Source of the DNA: Eledone cirrhosa
Taxonomy: Eukaryota
Direction: 5' to 3'
Length of the DNA: 64,000 nucleotides
NCBI GenBank assembly: GCA_964016885.1
Contig: OZ024743.1
Location: 168,144,001 to 168,208,000 of the forward strand
Each line of letters starts with the position of its first letter. The first letter of the stretch is position 1. A model generated the notes under the pieces. It made no database searches and was not told the origin of the DNA. It saw only the letters and a program-made list of their open reading frames with translations. The translations under genes and the position numbers were made by a program. Of this stretch, positions 27,470-42,600 are shown in pieces.

Positions 27470-27760
27470 GCAAAGTTTTTGTGCATGCAGTTCGGGCAGT
27501 GTACAGAGAGTTTTTTCAGTAGCGGGCCCTTGGCAAATAAAATTTCGTAGCTCTCAGAGATACAAAAGTCGCAGCCCTTGTGTCCTCCGTTTTAAGAGCG
27601 CACTTTCTGGAATATTTTTCAGGCGGTTGAGTTCCTTTTGAGGTCCCAAAAATAGGAGGCGAGTGTTGTCTGGTTTGATTTGTCCGGTCTTCTGAAGGAG
27701 TGGGTATGGGCATATCGACGGGTCTTACAGTTATTGGAAGTCATGCCGATGTAAGTGTGT
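27470..27760 (-). pseudogene. Penelope-like GIY-YIG endonuclease fragment
   Basis: [40 protein letters not shown]...CDFCISESYEILF. Confidence 0.8.
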
Positions 27761-27799
27761 GTATATGTGAATATGTATGTATGTGTGTATGTATTTGTG

Positions 27800-27880
<81 letters not shown>

Positions 27881-28042
27881 ATATATATATATATGTAATA
27901 TATATATATATGTGTGTGTATGCATGTGTGTGTGTATGTATGTGTGTGTGTATATATGTGTGTATGTGTGTATATTTTTATATATATATACATATAGGTG
28001 TTTATATATATGTGTATATGCATATACACACACATATACACA

Positions 28043-28082
<40 letters not shown>

Positions 28083-28256
28083 TGTGTATTTGTATGTGTA
28101 TATGCATATATATATATATGTATATGTGTGCGTATGTATATGTGTGTGTATATATATATATATATATATAAATGTGTGTGTATGTATGTATATATGTATG
28201 TATATGTATGTGTGTATATATATATATATGTATGTATGTGTGTATATATGTATATA

Positions 28257-28290
<34 letters not shown>

Positions 28291-28499
28291 TATGTGTATA
28301 TATGTATATCTGTGTATATGTGTGTATGTATGTATATATGTATATATATATATGTATGTATATATTTATATATATGTGTATGTATGTGCGTATGTATATA
28401 TATATATATATGTATATGTGTATATATATATATATATGTGTGTATATATATGTATATATATGTATATATATATATATACATATATATGTATATACAGGT

Positions 28500-28533
<34 letters not shown>

Positions 28534-28579
28534 ATACATACACACATACACACACATATATATATAAATATATACACAA

Positions 28580-28620
<41 letters not shown>

Positions 28621-28735
28621 TACATACGTACACACATATACACATATATACATATATACACATATATATATATATACATATATGTATATATATACATATA
28701 TATATAGAGAGAGAGATATATATACATATATATAC

Positions 28736-28768
<33 letters not shown>

Positions 28769-28803
28769 CACATACATACATATATACATACATACACACA
28801 CAT

Positions 28804-28836
<33 letters not shown>

Positions 28837-28896
28837 TATACATACGCACACACATACATATATACATATATGCATATACACAGACATATACACACC

Positions 28897-28928
<32 letters not shown>

Positions 28929-29076
28929 TACAGACATACACACATATATACACACATACATACATACACACACACATATATATGTATATATATATATACA
29001 CACACACATATATATGCATATATATACATACACACACACATATATATGTATATATATACATACACACACACATATA

Positions 29077-29145
<69 letters not shown>

Positions 29146-29152
29146 ATATATA

Positions 29153-29195
<43 letters not shown>

Positions 29196-29220
29196 ATATA
29201 TATATATATGTATATATATA

Positions 29221-29263
<43 letters not shown>

Positions 29264-29302
29264 GTATATATATATATATGTGTGTATATAGATATATATA
29301 TG

Positions 29303-29337
<35 letters not shown>

Positions 29338-29350
29338 ATATATATGTATA
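27760..29350. repeat. Compound (TA)/(TG)/(CA) microsatellite containing an inverted duplication
   Basis: Polarity switches from TG to CA near 28497; mirrored landmarks on either side. Confidence 0.85.
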
Positions 29351-29351
29351 T

Positions 29352-30071
<720 letters not shown>

Positions 30072-30075
30072 ATAT

Positions 30076-30155
<80 letters not shown>

Positions 30156-30164
30156 ATATAAATG

Positions 30165-30224
<60 letters not shown>

Positions 30225-30280
30225 AGTATATATGTATATATATATGTATATATATACATATATATATATATATCCATATG

Positions 30281-30328
<48 letters not shown>

Positions 30329-30329
<1 letters not shown>

Positions 30330-31069
30330 GGAAATTGAGAACTAAAACAATACCAGTGGTTGTAGGCGCTCTGGGAATGATACCTAAGGGGTCTAACGAC
30401 TACTTATCGCAAATCCCAGGAAACCCGCGTATAGGAGAAATACAAAAGATAGTACTAATGGGAACTGCCCATATACTAAGGAAGATCCTGTCAATATAAG
30501 TACATCACAAGTCTAAACACTAAGGATGCATGTGTGAATATGTGTGTTCTTTCTTGAACATGGCGGACCTTGTTGTCTCTTGAGGTCACTGGTTGTGACT
30601 TGGTGATAACTCGTATAAACATAAAGCAAGATAAATGCAAATAATAATAATAATAATAATAATAAATGTCTGTTCCAATAGACAAGAATGTATCTATAAA
30701 AACATTTGAAAAATTGAGCAAGTATAAGGACCTGGAGATAGAAATTGGAAAAATGTGGAAATTGAGAACTAAAACAATACCAGTGGTTGTAGGCGCTCTG
30801 GGAATGATACCTAGGGGGTCTAATGATTACATATCGCAAATCCCAGGAAACCCGCGTATAGGAGAAATACAAAAGATAGTACTAATGGGAACTGCCCATA
30901 TACTAAGGAAGATCCTGTCAATATAAGTACATCACAAGTCTAAACACTAAGGATGCATGTGTGAATATGTATGTTCTTTCTTGAACATGGCGTACCTTGT
31001 TGTCTCTTGAGGTCACTGGTTGTGACTTGGTGATAACTCGTATGAACATAAAGCAAGATAAATGCAACT

Positions 31070-31111
<42 letters not shown>

Positions 31112-31730
31112 GTGATGCACAATACATACATTGGATAATGTGTAAGCATTTTGACCTGGCCCATCAAAAGAATTTTCTGGGAGCATCAACCACCTCCCAT
31201 ACTTGAAAAAAATCACATCTCAATCTTGTGGAACTTTAGCATCCAAACAGACTGAAAAATAGATGCAAATAGACCTGATATAATTCTGAAGGACTTTAAA
31301 AAGAGGGTATGCCTGCTAATTGATATGTCCGTTCCAATAGACAAGAATGTATCTATAAAACATTTGAGAAATTGAGCAAGTATAAGGACCTGGAGATAGA
31401 AATTGGAAAAATGTGGAAATTGAGAACTAAAACAATACCAGTGGTTGTAGGCGCTCTGGGAATGATACCTAAGGGGTCTAATGATTACTTATCGCAAATC
31501 CCAGGAAACCCGCGTATAGGAGAAATACAAAAGATAGTACTAATGGGAACTGCCCATATACTAAGGAAGATTCTGTCAATATAAGTACATCACAAATCTA
31601 ACCACCTAAAGATGCATGTGTGTGTATGTATGTTCTTTCTTGAACATGGCGGACCTTGTTGTCTCTTGAGGTCACTTGGTTGTGACTTGGTTATAACTCA
31701 TATGAACATAAAACAAGATAAATGCAACTG
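30329..31730 (+). mobile_element. Three head-to-tail 5'-truncated Dong/R4-like (RLE) LINE ends
   Basis: NRPDII...EKLSKYKDLEIEI...IPVVVGALG...[10 protein letters not shown]; each bounded by (TAA)n. Confidence 0.9.
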
Positions 31731-31954
31731 TAATAATAATGGTTTCTAATTTTGGCACAAGGCCAGCAATAACCCAGTACATTACTGGTACTTCATATTG
31801 TCCATAGTTAGTATTCTTTTCACCTTAGCGAATCTGCTCCCTTACGATTTGAACACATATATGTAAATATCTGTGTTTACCTTTCTTTTATGTTTAATTA
31901 TATATATATATATATCATATATATATATATATATATATATTTACACATTGAAAT

Positions 31955-31999
<45 letters not shown>

Positions 32000-32005
<6 letters not shown>

Positions 32006-32365
32006 TAAACGGAAAAGAAAATGCTGACAAATTGTTCACAGTGAAAAATACTTTAATTAGGAATAAGTGAGAATTAGTAATAGTATTGGTTAGTATTCAG
32101 TTTTGGTTTTAAGTTTTACCGGTTGCGCATTTCTAATGCTTTTCAAAAATAACTTTGAGAGAGAGCGTCCGTGATGTTTGCAGCAAACATCACGGACGCT
32201 CTATCTCAAAGTTATTTTTGAAAAGCATTTAGAAATGCGCAACCGGTAAAACTTAAAACCAAAACTGAATACTAACCAATACAATTACTAATTCTCATTT
32301 ATTCCTAATTAAACTATTTTTCACTGTCAACAATTTGTCAGCATTTTCTATTCCGTTTACCAATA
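32000..32365. mobile_element. Family A fold-back (variant HHRs 32114-32149 minus, 32215-32251 plus)
   Basis: Inverted arms centred on GATGTTTGCAGCAAACATC; GCAA core on both arms. Confidence 0.8.
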
Positions 32366-32388
32366 TATATATATATATATATATATAT

Positions 32389-32788
32389 ACGATATTAAAC
32401 AAATGGAAACTACATTTATGAAACCATATTTATTTCATTATATATATTTCAGGATATCATATTAAAAATATGGTATGCCCTCTTCAGACAAAATACAATA
32501 TATAAACAGTTTTATAAATAAATTTGACATACCTTAAAACTTTACAACTTCCATTTAAAAAGTTGTTATGGTAGTGAAAATGTTAAGGACAGTTAGAAAG
32601 AAAGACGGAGAAAAAAAAAAAAAGAAAGAAAGTGTATAGTGCTAAGGACAGTTAGAGAGGAAGGTGAAGAAGATGAAGAAATGTATGTAAAGAAAAAACA
32701 ACAGAGCGAGATAGAGAGATAGAGATATGGGAGAGAGAAATATTGAGGAGGTGAAAAATGAGAGATTTAGGAGGGAAGGGGGTACTGT

Positions 32789-32821
<33 letters not shown>

Positions 32822-35033
32822 GTTATAGTGTTAAGGATACGGAGAGAAATAAAAATAAAAATAAATAAAGATAGGTAGAAAGAGATATAGGTGGTGGGAG
32901 AAAAGAGGTAGATCGAGTAATATCTATTATACGAGGTGGGAGAGATAGGGGAGGGATGAGATGCAGGAGGTAGAGTTAAAACAGCCGATACATAAGTCCC
33001 GTCAAGTGTAGAGGGAGGAGGAGAAGAGATATATTCAGAAATAAAGATGATAGTTTTAAAATATTATGTTTCATCAGTCTATCAATTCTTATGAATTATA
33101 ATGTAAATATCAATATTCATGAATGAGACACATATCAATAATGTGTGAAAAAATAATGACTATATGTTTAGTTTAAAATTCTTAGGTTTATAATCAAAAT
33201 CTGAGATAAAACTTCAAAAAAATACTGAAATACATAAGTATATATGTATTTTCATGAAAAAAGAAAAAGAAAAAAGAGAAAGAAAAAGAGAAGGTTATCT
33301 CAAATTCAAGTTGACATTATAGACACACATGTGAGTTTACGTGATCAGCTCTGTAAATTTTTATTTCACATGAAAATCTTCATTGCGTTACAAAATATTC
33401 TACCATACATATATGTACATATATATATATATATATACATAAAATATACGTCATTAATAATAATATTCTTGCCCTCTCTTACATGATTATCGTTCAAGCA
33501 TAGAATAGAACAGATATCAATATATTAAAAACGCCAAGAATACTTCACTCCCCAGAGTATCTAGGGCCGCAATAAAACACACAGTGTGCCCCGCATATCA
33601 ATCACAGAAATCAACTCTTCCAATTTATTTGACAATATATTGCCAAGTTCATTAGAAGCGATCAGAATCAAAAGCAAACAAAACCAAAATTGTTCAACAA
33701 AACTTATTTAGCAGAAATCATTCAAAAAAAACTTTAGGATACCCGGTTGTTCTACAGATGCTCTTATATTTATTATAGAAGTTTATCTAGCTTAAAAATT
33801 TTACTCAATAGATTGGGAGCATCACCATTTTAAGGTAGTTTAATTACATCATTAATTATATACTCATGAAGAAGGTTTAAAAAAAATTGAAGGAATCGAA
33901 AGATTTATCGCCAAGTTTCATAAATAATTAAAAATCTTAAGTAAATATACTACATTTTAAATTTATATTTATATTTAAAAGTTGAGTTCAATCTATGTCT
34001 GCAGCAACTGAATAAATTGGTCCGTAAATTAAGGGATTTTTTAGATTTTAGTATAAAGAATATCTCCTCCGCGCAGAGGTCACATGTCTCAGAAGAGGAA
34101 TTAAAAGGAATCCCTCTTGAGGCTATATTCCAAACCATCGAATATCCAACGTTATCATGTTTAAGTTGCCAGAGTAAGCCTGATAGTGATGTTGAAGATT
34201 TTTTGTTTGGATCCGTGAAAGAATTCTTGTGATTATTATAGCGAAGTTTAAATTCTGTCGAGGTGGAACCAACATAATTAAAATAATTTAAGTCAGTTTT
34301 AACATTACAGTTGAATATTATATTTTTAACTAAGCAATTGTTATTTAACGGGCATTTAGATCTATCTCTACAGTTACAGTTGTTTACTTGAATATTGTTT
34401 AGGCTATTATCGGTATTTTGGCTAGGTTTTAGATTCCTATTATTTATTCTATTAATATTTTGTGCTAAATTTTTGGTGGACGAGTAGGTTAATTTTATAG
34501 TATGTCTATTGAAAATTGAGTGATACTTATGTGTTCTAGGGAAGCGTTTGTCAAGAGCATTAAAAAATAGTTTAGCGATGTGAGTTTTAATGTTTAGTGA
34601 GAAGGGGGGGGGGGGGGGGGCAAACCAAATTATATTTCTAGTTCTATTCTGGTTTTTGGAATTATTGTAATTCTTTCTATTATAGTTGTTAAAGTTGTTA
34701 CCGTAATTAAAATTGTTGTTATTTTGGTTAGTATGTCTATTATTAACGCTTCATTGTAATACTGGGCTTTTTGGTCGAAAATATTTTTATTAGATGAGAT
34801 TCTAGAGATACGTTTTTGAACAGAGTTCACTATAGTATTTTTAACAGATCTGGGGTGGTTGGAGTTAAAGTTGACATAATTCAAGTTTTCATTTAACTTG
34901 TGAAATGGATAGTGAAGACATGTGTTGAGATTTAATGTTTAATATCGTAAAATACTCCAAAACCTGTTGAGTGCTTTTATATCAGTTATAAAATATTTAC
35001 TCGTTGTAACCCAACAATTTTAAATAAAACTTT

Positions 35034-35038
<5 letters not shown>
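32389..35038 (-). mobile_element. 5'-truncated Penelope-like retroelement: RT thumb and GIY-YIG (33950-34936), long 3' UTR, family B HHR (32432-32494), inverted tail (34941-35038)
   Basis: YVNFNSNHPRSVKNTI..., CNCRDRSKCPLNNNC, NIIFNC...YVGST...FKLRYNNHKNSF, CDLCAEE...CRH; frameshifts present. Confidence 0.9.
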
Positions 35039-35078
<40 letters not shown>

Positions 35079-35591
35079 CATATTTTTATAAATGCAGACA
35101 CACACAAATACACACACAAACATAGGAATATTTAAAGGACAGGTATACATATAGAGGTGTACGTGTATGATTAAGCGTGTTTTTCTATACGTTTATGTCC
35201 ATGTAAATACTATACATACATAAAATAAAGTGTACACACCTAGACATTTGACAATGTAATTGATAGAACTGTTGTTTGCAGGCCATTAAGTAAGAAATAA
35301 TGTCACACCTATCGAATTGTACAAAACTGGTCACACTTCAGGATCTTATTTGCAGGTGACAAGAGTGTCATATATAAAAGCACTTACGATAGTGAAATCG
35401 TCGCACAATCCCACCTTTGTGCAGTGTATATGCACACATATTTATAAAGAGTTTCAGACATTGACGCAACAAAGCATGGATATGTATTTATCTATCTATG
35501 TACACAGAAATACGGGGTCCTGAGTCCTTCACACACACACCCACACATATATGCATATTGGAAAATGTGTGAAATCCTTGGTACCGTGAGC

Positions 35592-35903
35592 TATATTTTA
35601 AAAAAAAGGAAAAGAATGACTTCACTTGTAGTTCTAAACAATTTAAGTTACTTTTATAATATTGTAATTTTACAATTTGGTTTGATAGATCTAGTAAGTT
35701 CTTTGGTAACTTCAAATTTCAGTTTGACAATCACCACCGACGAATGTGAGAAAGTTCTCCTGGACAGTTAACCAGGAATCTTTAAAAATCTCCCCAACGA
35801 AGTTAAAAAAGAACTTACTAGATCTACCAAACCAAAATGTAAAATTCTAATATAAAATAAAATTGTTTAGAACAAGTGAAGTCATTCTTTGCCTTTTTAA
35901 ATA
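35592..35903. repeat. Diverged fold-back element
   Basis: AAAAGAATGACTTCACTTGT...TAGATCTAGTAAGTTCTTT versus its reverse complement at 35803-35903. Confidence 0.7.
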
Positions 35904-35976
35904 TATATATATATATATATATAGTAGAATAATCGAGTATCAAAAAATCGGCGCATGAGTTCACGATAAACAATCA

Positions 35977-36089
35977 CATAGCTTACATTTGTTTCACTGA
36001 ACTGGTATGTCTAGAGATCGCTATCCGCTTAATTTTGCGTTACTCGATCGCCAATACAGAATTATAACCAGTCAGATCTTCGGAGCATG
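35977..36089 (-). ncRNA. Hammerhead ribozyme (family G), left arm
   Basis: Mirror of 38422-38534. Confidence 0.65.
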
Positions 36090-36460
36090 CGAGAATGAAG
36101 AAAATACACAGGCAAGAAAAGAAAAGAAAATACGACTACTATATGGAGTAGTTATGGCATTCAATTAGAACAATAACAACAATTACAACAATGCTATCAA
36201 TAAACTATTTAAGGAGACCCTGACATTACTTAGGTGGGGGGGGGGGGGGGGTATATAATGTATCTAATGTTACGGCGTGAAAACCAGCTGTCATAAGGCA
36301 AAAAGTATCGTAGTGTGTATCACTTTTAAATTATAAAGATAAGCTAGTTTTTACAGTCTTTCTCTTCATCTTCAACAGTATACATGAGTGGGACCACTGT
36401 CAAAGCTCAATAGTTGTAGAGTTAATACAGAGGTTAACGAATTAATATACGCATATATCT

Positions 36461-36503
<43 letters not shown>

Positions 36504-37985
36504 CACATATATACACATATATACACATGCATGTGTACATAGACACATACATACACATCAATATATACTCGTACAAAAATATACATACATGCAAAGAGAA
36601 AAGCGTGCTAATTGTAATTATGGCAAAAAGAAGGTAAAGTAACATTGTAGTAGTGAAATGAGAAAAACTAGGATCTAGGATCAAATGATTGCAGCAGCTG
36701 AGAAGGAGTAAGATTGTTGGTAGATGAGGTACTTACAGACAGTTGTGTGGTATAGACTTGTGAAGGAAATAGTATACTTAATGAATATATTTCTGTGGGT
36801 AGTAGTTATCCTAATTTGAAGCTATGTTATGTTGGTTCGATTCACGGAGGTTTGAATCTTATGAATTTAGTGGCTATTCTATGTCTGCAGAAGATAGATC
36901 TTTCTAACTTATTATTAAGTAGCCTTTTAACATTTCTAAGGATATACAATAGCTCAAGATCACACAGCCCGCAATAGGACATCCCTGTACTATAGGTTTT
37001 AGCAGCCGACAACTTCGACCAGTTGATAGTGTAGTTAGTGTTGCTGTCCTTCAATTCCCATATTTTTCTGGCGAGGGTGGTGGAACCCATAAGTGCACGG
37101 TTTTTCATTGAGTGCCTGTGCACATATCATCTTTTCTTAAAAGAACCCGCGGTGGATCCTATGTAATTCCAGGTGGAGTTACCCGAGATGACAGTGCACA
37201 TGTACATGTGTACATGTACATGTGCACATGTGTACATGTGCACTGTCATCTCGGGTAACACATGTACATGTGTACATGTACATGTGCACATGTGTACATG
37301 TGCACTGTCATCTCGGGTAACTCCACCTGGAATTACATAGGATCCACCGCGGGTTCTTTTAAGAAAAGATGATATGTGCACAGGCACTCAATGAAAAACC
37401 GTGCACTTATGGGTTCCACCACTCTCGCCAGAAAAATATGGGAATTGAAGGACAGCAACACTAACTACACTATCAACTGGTCGAAGTTGTCGGCTGCTAA
37501 AACCTATAGTACAGGGATGTCCTATTGCGGGCTGTGTGATCTTGAGCTATTGTATATCCTTAGAAATGTTAAAAGGCTACTTAATAATAAGTTAGAAAGA
37601 TCTATCTTCTGCAGACATAGAATAGCCACTAAATTCATAAGATTCAAACCTCCGTGAATCGAACCAACATAACATAGCTTCAAATTAGGATACCTACTAC
37701 CCACAGAAATATATTCATTAAGTATACTATTTCCTTCACAAGTCTATACCACACAACTGTCTGTAAGTACCTCATCTACCAACAATCTTACTCCTTCTCA
37801 GCTGCTGCAATCATTTGATCCTAGATCCTAGTTTTTCTCATTTCACTACTACAATGTTACTTTACCTTCTTTTTGCCATAATTACAATTAGCACGCTTTT
37901 CTCTTTGCATGTATGTATATTTTTGTACGAGTATATATTGATGTGTATGTATGTGTCTATGTACACATGCATGTGTATATATGTG

Positions 37986-38039
<54 letters not shown>

Positions 38040-38421
38040 TGTGTGTGTGTGTGTGCGCGTAGATATATGCGTATATTAATTCGTTAACCTCTGTATTAAC
38101 TCTACAACTATTGAGCTTTGACAGTGGTCCCACTCATGTATACTGTTGAAGATGAAGAGAAAGACTGTAAAAACTAGCTTATCTTTATAATTTAAAATTG
38201 ATACACACTACGATACTTTTTGCCTTATGACAGCTGGTTTTCACGCCGTAACATTAGATACATTATATACCCCCCACCTAAGTAATGTCAGGGTCTCCTT
38301 AAATAGTTTATTGATAGCATTGTTGTAATTGTTGTTATTGTTCTAATTGAATGCCATAACTACTCCATATAGTAGTCGTATTTTCTTTTCTTTTCTTGCC
38401 TGTGTATTTTCTTCATTCTCG

Positions 38422-38534
38422 CATGCTCCGAAGATCTGACTGGTTATAATTCTGTATTGGCGATCGAGTAACGTAAAATTAAGCGGATAGCGATCTCTAG
38501 ACATACCAGTTCAGTGAAACAAATGTAAGCTATG
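38422..38534 (+). ncRNA. Hammerhead ribozyme (family G; CCGAAGA core, long stem II)
   Basis: CATGCT-CCGAAGA-TCTGACTGGT...ACCAGTTCAGT-GAAA-CAAATG-TA-AGCTATG. Confidence 0.65.
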
Positions 38535-38755
38535 TGATTAAAAACTTTTTTGTATAGCAAACCATGTAAACCTTCTTTCCTGATTTATTATTACTCCAAG
38601 TGTTTACAACATAGGAATTACAGCATACCCGCAGCATCACTATGAAAACGCCTTGTTGAGTCAAACCAAGCCAAGCGTTAATATCATCCACTACCTGGAA
38701 TACCATAACTGGACTTTACCTAAGTGGACTGCATTTAACTATTATTTGTTAATCC

Positions 38756-38791
<36 letters not shown>

Positions 38792-38911
38792 CTATATATA
38801 TATCATAAATCATGTCCTTAGAATTATTATATGACCAGTTGCAACATATATATCTATGGCTTTATGTATATGTAAACCTTTATATCTATATATATATATA
38901 TATATATATCT

Positions 38912-39032
38912 AGTGCGGGTAAAATTCCCGAGATCCATGGACGTGTTCTTTCCAGCGGTCTCTGTCCCTCATTTTCGCTGACATGTCCTGCGTCTCCAAG
39001 AGACAAATATCAGCCTTCCTCTTTCAGTGTGT

Positions 39033-39034
<2 letters not shown>
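38912..39034 (-). mobile_element. RTE-like LINE 3' end
   Basis: Homologous to 19025-19180. Confidence 0.75.
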
Positions 39035-39068
<34 letters not shown>

Positions 39069-39072
<4 letters not shown>

Positions 39073-39523
39073 AACAGAATGAAACGAAATTTCATTTCTC
39101 ACTCCTAGTACGGCAGTTACTTAAATGTTACTTAATTCGGGCTGTTTGTTTGTTTACATTATAGTGCATATAGTGGATGTTCGGTAAACCGATACATGCA
39201 TATATATATGTGTGCATGTCTATATATATATACATACTACTGTGCGTCTGTATACATATATGTATGTACGTATACATACGTGCATACATACATTTAAGTA
39301 ACTGCCGTACTAGGAGTGAGAAATGAAATTTCGTTTCATTCTGTTCCATTTATCGTTTTCGGTGCGCCCGGCCGACGAAACTCACTCGATATGCAAATTG
39401 GGCTGCTCAGCCGTTGGTATGCATAAGGAAAGTATATACTTTCAAACGTTCAACCATCTGACAGGAGGGTATACGGTGCTGACGATAGCTAATAAGCTTG
39501 AAACTAGTACATCGTTCCTGTGA
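39069..39523 (+). mobile_element. Family C element with inverted 5' piece and HHR at 39473-39515
   Basis: ACGGTG-CTGACGA-TAGCT-AATA-AGCTT-GAAA-CTAG-TA-CATCGT; 39069-39128 is inverted relative to 39290-39349. Confidence 0.85.
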
Positions 39524-40303
39524 CCTGTTTATATATATATATCGTACTTGCCGGCGCCGAAACGCTTCGTCCTCGAGGACGCACACTAATTTTGACAAGC
39601 AAAAATTTGAAAAAAAATAATAAACAACCTTCGGCCTCCAGCGGAGGGGATCTGAAGATCACAAGGGATCGGACGAAGGCTTCAACAATTATTTTTGTCC
39701 GTTCCTTTGCCGCTTTAGTTTGGAATGCCTCGAGAACGTAACCTTATTACATAATTGCTTCTACTTTTGGTACAGGCCAGCAATTATCCAAGTGCATTAC
39801 TGGTACTTTATTTTATCAACCCCGAAAGGCAAAATTAACCTAAGTGGGATTTGAAATAGGACCGTAAAGGGCCGTAACTCTATGCTGCAAAGCATGGCGT
39901 CCAACCTTCTACCGATACTGCTAATCGGTGCCTGATGAGATCATTACTGATTACGTGAAATCATGTGGCCACTGTCGTCATTGAAATATGTATCTCAGCC
40001 TTATTTAAATTTCTTTACGTGTGTGTGTGTATGTGTATGTGTGTGTGCGCGTGTGCGTGTCTGTGTGTATACACGTTCGTGTGTGTATGAATGAATAAAT
40101 TACTTATACAGGAGTAGAAATGTATTATTCCTGCAGATTTCATGTGAATGAAACTGTTCTACTCCCGTAGAAGTCATTCCTATATAAAATAAGGATATCT
40201 AAACTCTACCAACGTATTGATTACCTTTTTTAACTGTTGTCACCCTCGATCCCAATCGGGAATCCACCCATAATTATACATATGTACACATATGTATATA
40301 CAT

Positions 40304-40391
<88 letters not shown>

Positions 40392-40414
40392 TCACACATA
40401 TATGTATATATTCA

Positions 40415-41150
40415 TTTAAGTTTGTTGGTTCACCACTGGATAGAACCGGTCATTCCGTATAGTCAACCGTGATGTAATATTCGGAAAACCACTCAACGTA
40501 ATGCAACTCACCCATCCTCGTTTATGCTGAATCTTGTTGGTGATGCGAGAACGGAGTTCTGGATTGGCAGTATCGGTAGATGGTCGGACGCCATGCTTTC
40601 CAGCATAGTTACGTCCCTTTACGGTCTGAGTTCAAATCCCGCCGAGGTTGACTTTGCCTTTCATCCTTACGGGGTCGATAAAATAAAGTACCAGTAATGC
40701 ACAGGGTAATTGCTGGCCTTGTGCCTAAAGTAGAAACAATTATTATAGAGTAAGATGAAGGGCGGTGGATTGGCAGCATCGGTAGAGGGTCGGACGCCAT
40801 GCTTTGCAGCACAGTTACGTCCCTATACGGACTGAGTTCAAATACCGCCGAGGTTAACTTTGCCTTTCATCCTTACGGGGTCGATAAAATAAAGTACCAG
40901 TAATACACTGGATAATTGCTGGCCTTATGCCAAAAGTAGAAACAATTATTATTGAGTAAGATGACAGGAGACCGGATAGGTGAAATTCCTTAAAGGTTTA
41001 TTATAAACACTATGCACATATAAATGACCCGGCTCTGCCAGAACCCAGTGACATCATCAGGTGTTACGAAATCTATCTAATAACGGAATACAATAACGGG
41101 ACACACAATCCAAGGGTCTGAAAAGTAGAGAGAATCTGTTGTAAATAAAT
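40415..41150 (-). mobile_element. Family D element (degenerate HHR 41006-41065) split by two tandem SINEs
   Basis: Reverse complement of about 16795-17135; SINEs at 40560-40745 and 40760-40950 (plus). Confidence 0.75.
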
Positions 41151-41251
41151 TTGTTGAATAACCAAAAATTAAATATCTCTTTGCTTATATATATATAAGT
41201 GGTTACACAACAGTTAATTCACCATAACTAACTGAACTAACTGTTATGTAA

Positions 41252-41760
<509 letters not shown>

Positions 41761-41858
41761 TATATATATATATATAATATACATGTATCTATACTAGACA
41801 AAATAATATAAAATTGAAGCCTAATTCCCATAGACGGAAAATGTACATACCGCTATAT

Positions 41859-41978
<120 letters not shown>

Positions 41979-42012
41979 TTATATATACATATACAACTAT
42001 ATATATATATTC

Positions 42013-42045
<33 letters not shown>

Positions 42046-42051
42046 CATAAT

Positions 42052-42084
<33 letters not shown>

Positions 42085-42132
42085 TTATATATACATATAC
42101 AACTATATATATATTCATATATATATATACAC

Positions 42133-42163
<31 letters not shown>

Positions 42164-42164
42164 A

Positions 42165-42537
42165 CCAAAAGTTAAACAAGGTTCATTGATTAATCAATGA
42201 ATATAGTTTTACAATAGATTAGAAGCACTCAACTATTAAGTTTTCTGGAGTTATTAATATTACTTCAAAATATTAATAAATATAGACATTCATGTGATCA
42301 AATATATTTTATTATATATATTTCAGAGGTACTGTGCTCTTTCCTCAGTACGTTCTCATCAGATAAAATAAATTGATGTCTGAAATGCCTCAACTGTGCT
42401 GATAGTTCAATTCCAGTCTTCCATCAATTAATTTTATCTGATGAGGACGTACTGAGGACACAGCACAGTACCTCTGAAATATATATAATAAAATATATTT
42501 TGATCACATGAATGTCTATATTTATTAATATTTTGAA

Positions 42538-42540
<3 letters not shown>
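42165..42540. mobile_element. Family B (subfamily) fold-back with HHRs 42306-42369 (minus) and 42431-42494 (plus)
   Basis: ATTTTAT-CTGATGA-GGA-C-GTACTG..CAGTAC-C-TCT-GAAA-TATATA-TA-ATAAAAT. Confidence 0.85.

Positions 42541-42600
<60 letters not shown>

Larger units (their letters stand above)
35972..38539. mobile_element. About 2.5-kb palindrome of a Penelope-like 3' end (GIY-YIG, UTR and HHR on each arm)
   Basis: Identical ORFs 36842-37123 (minus) and 37376-37657 (plus); NYIGSTAGSFKKR*Y...CGLCDLE...CRH. Confidence 0.95.

Noticed and set aside
39929-39972. HHR-like CTGATGA...GAAATCATGTG
   Set aside because: Stem II partly deleted and the cleavage position is G; decayed at best
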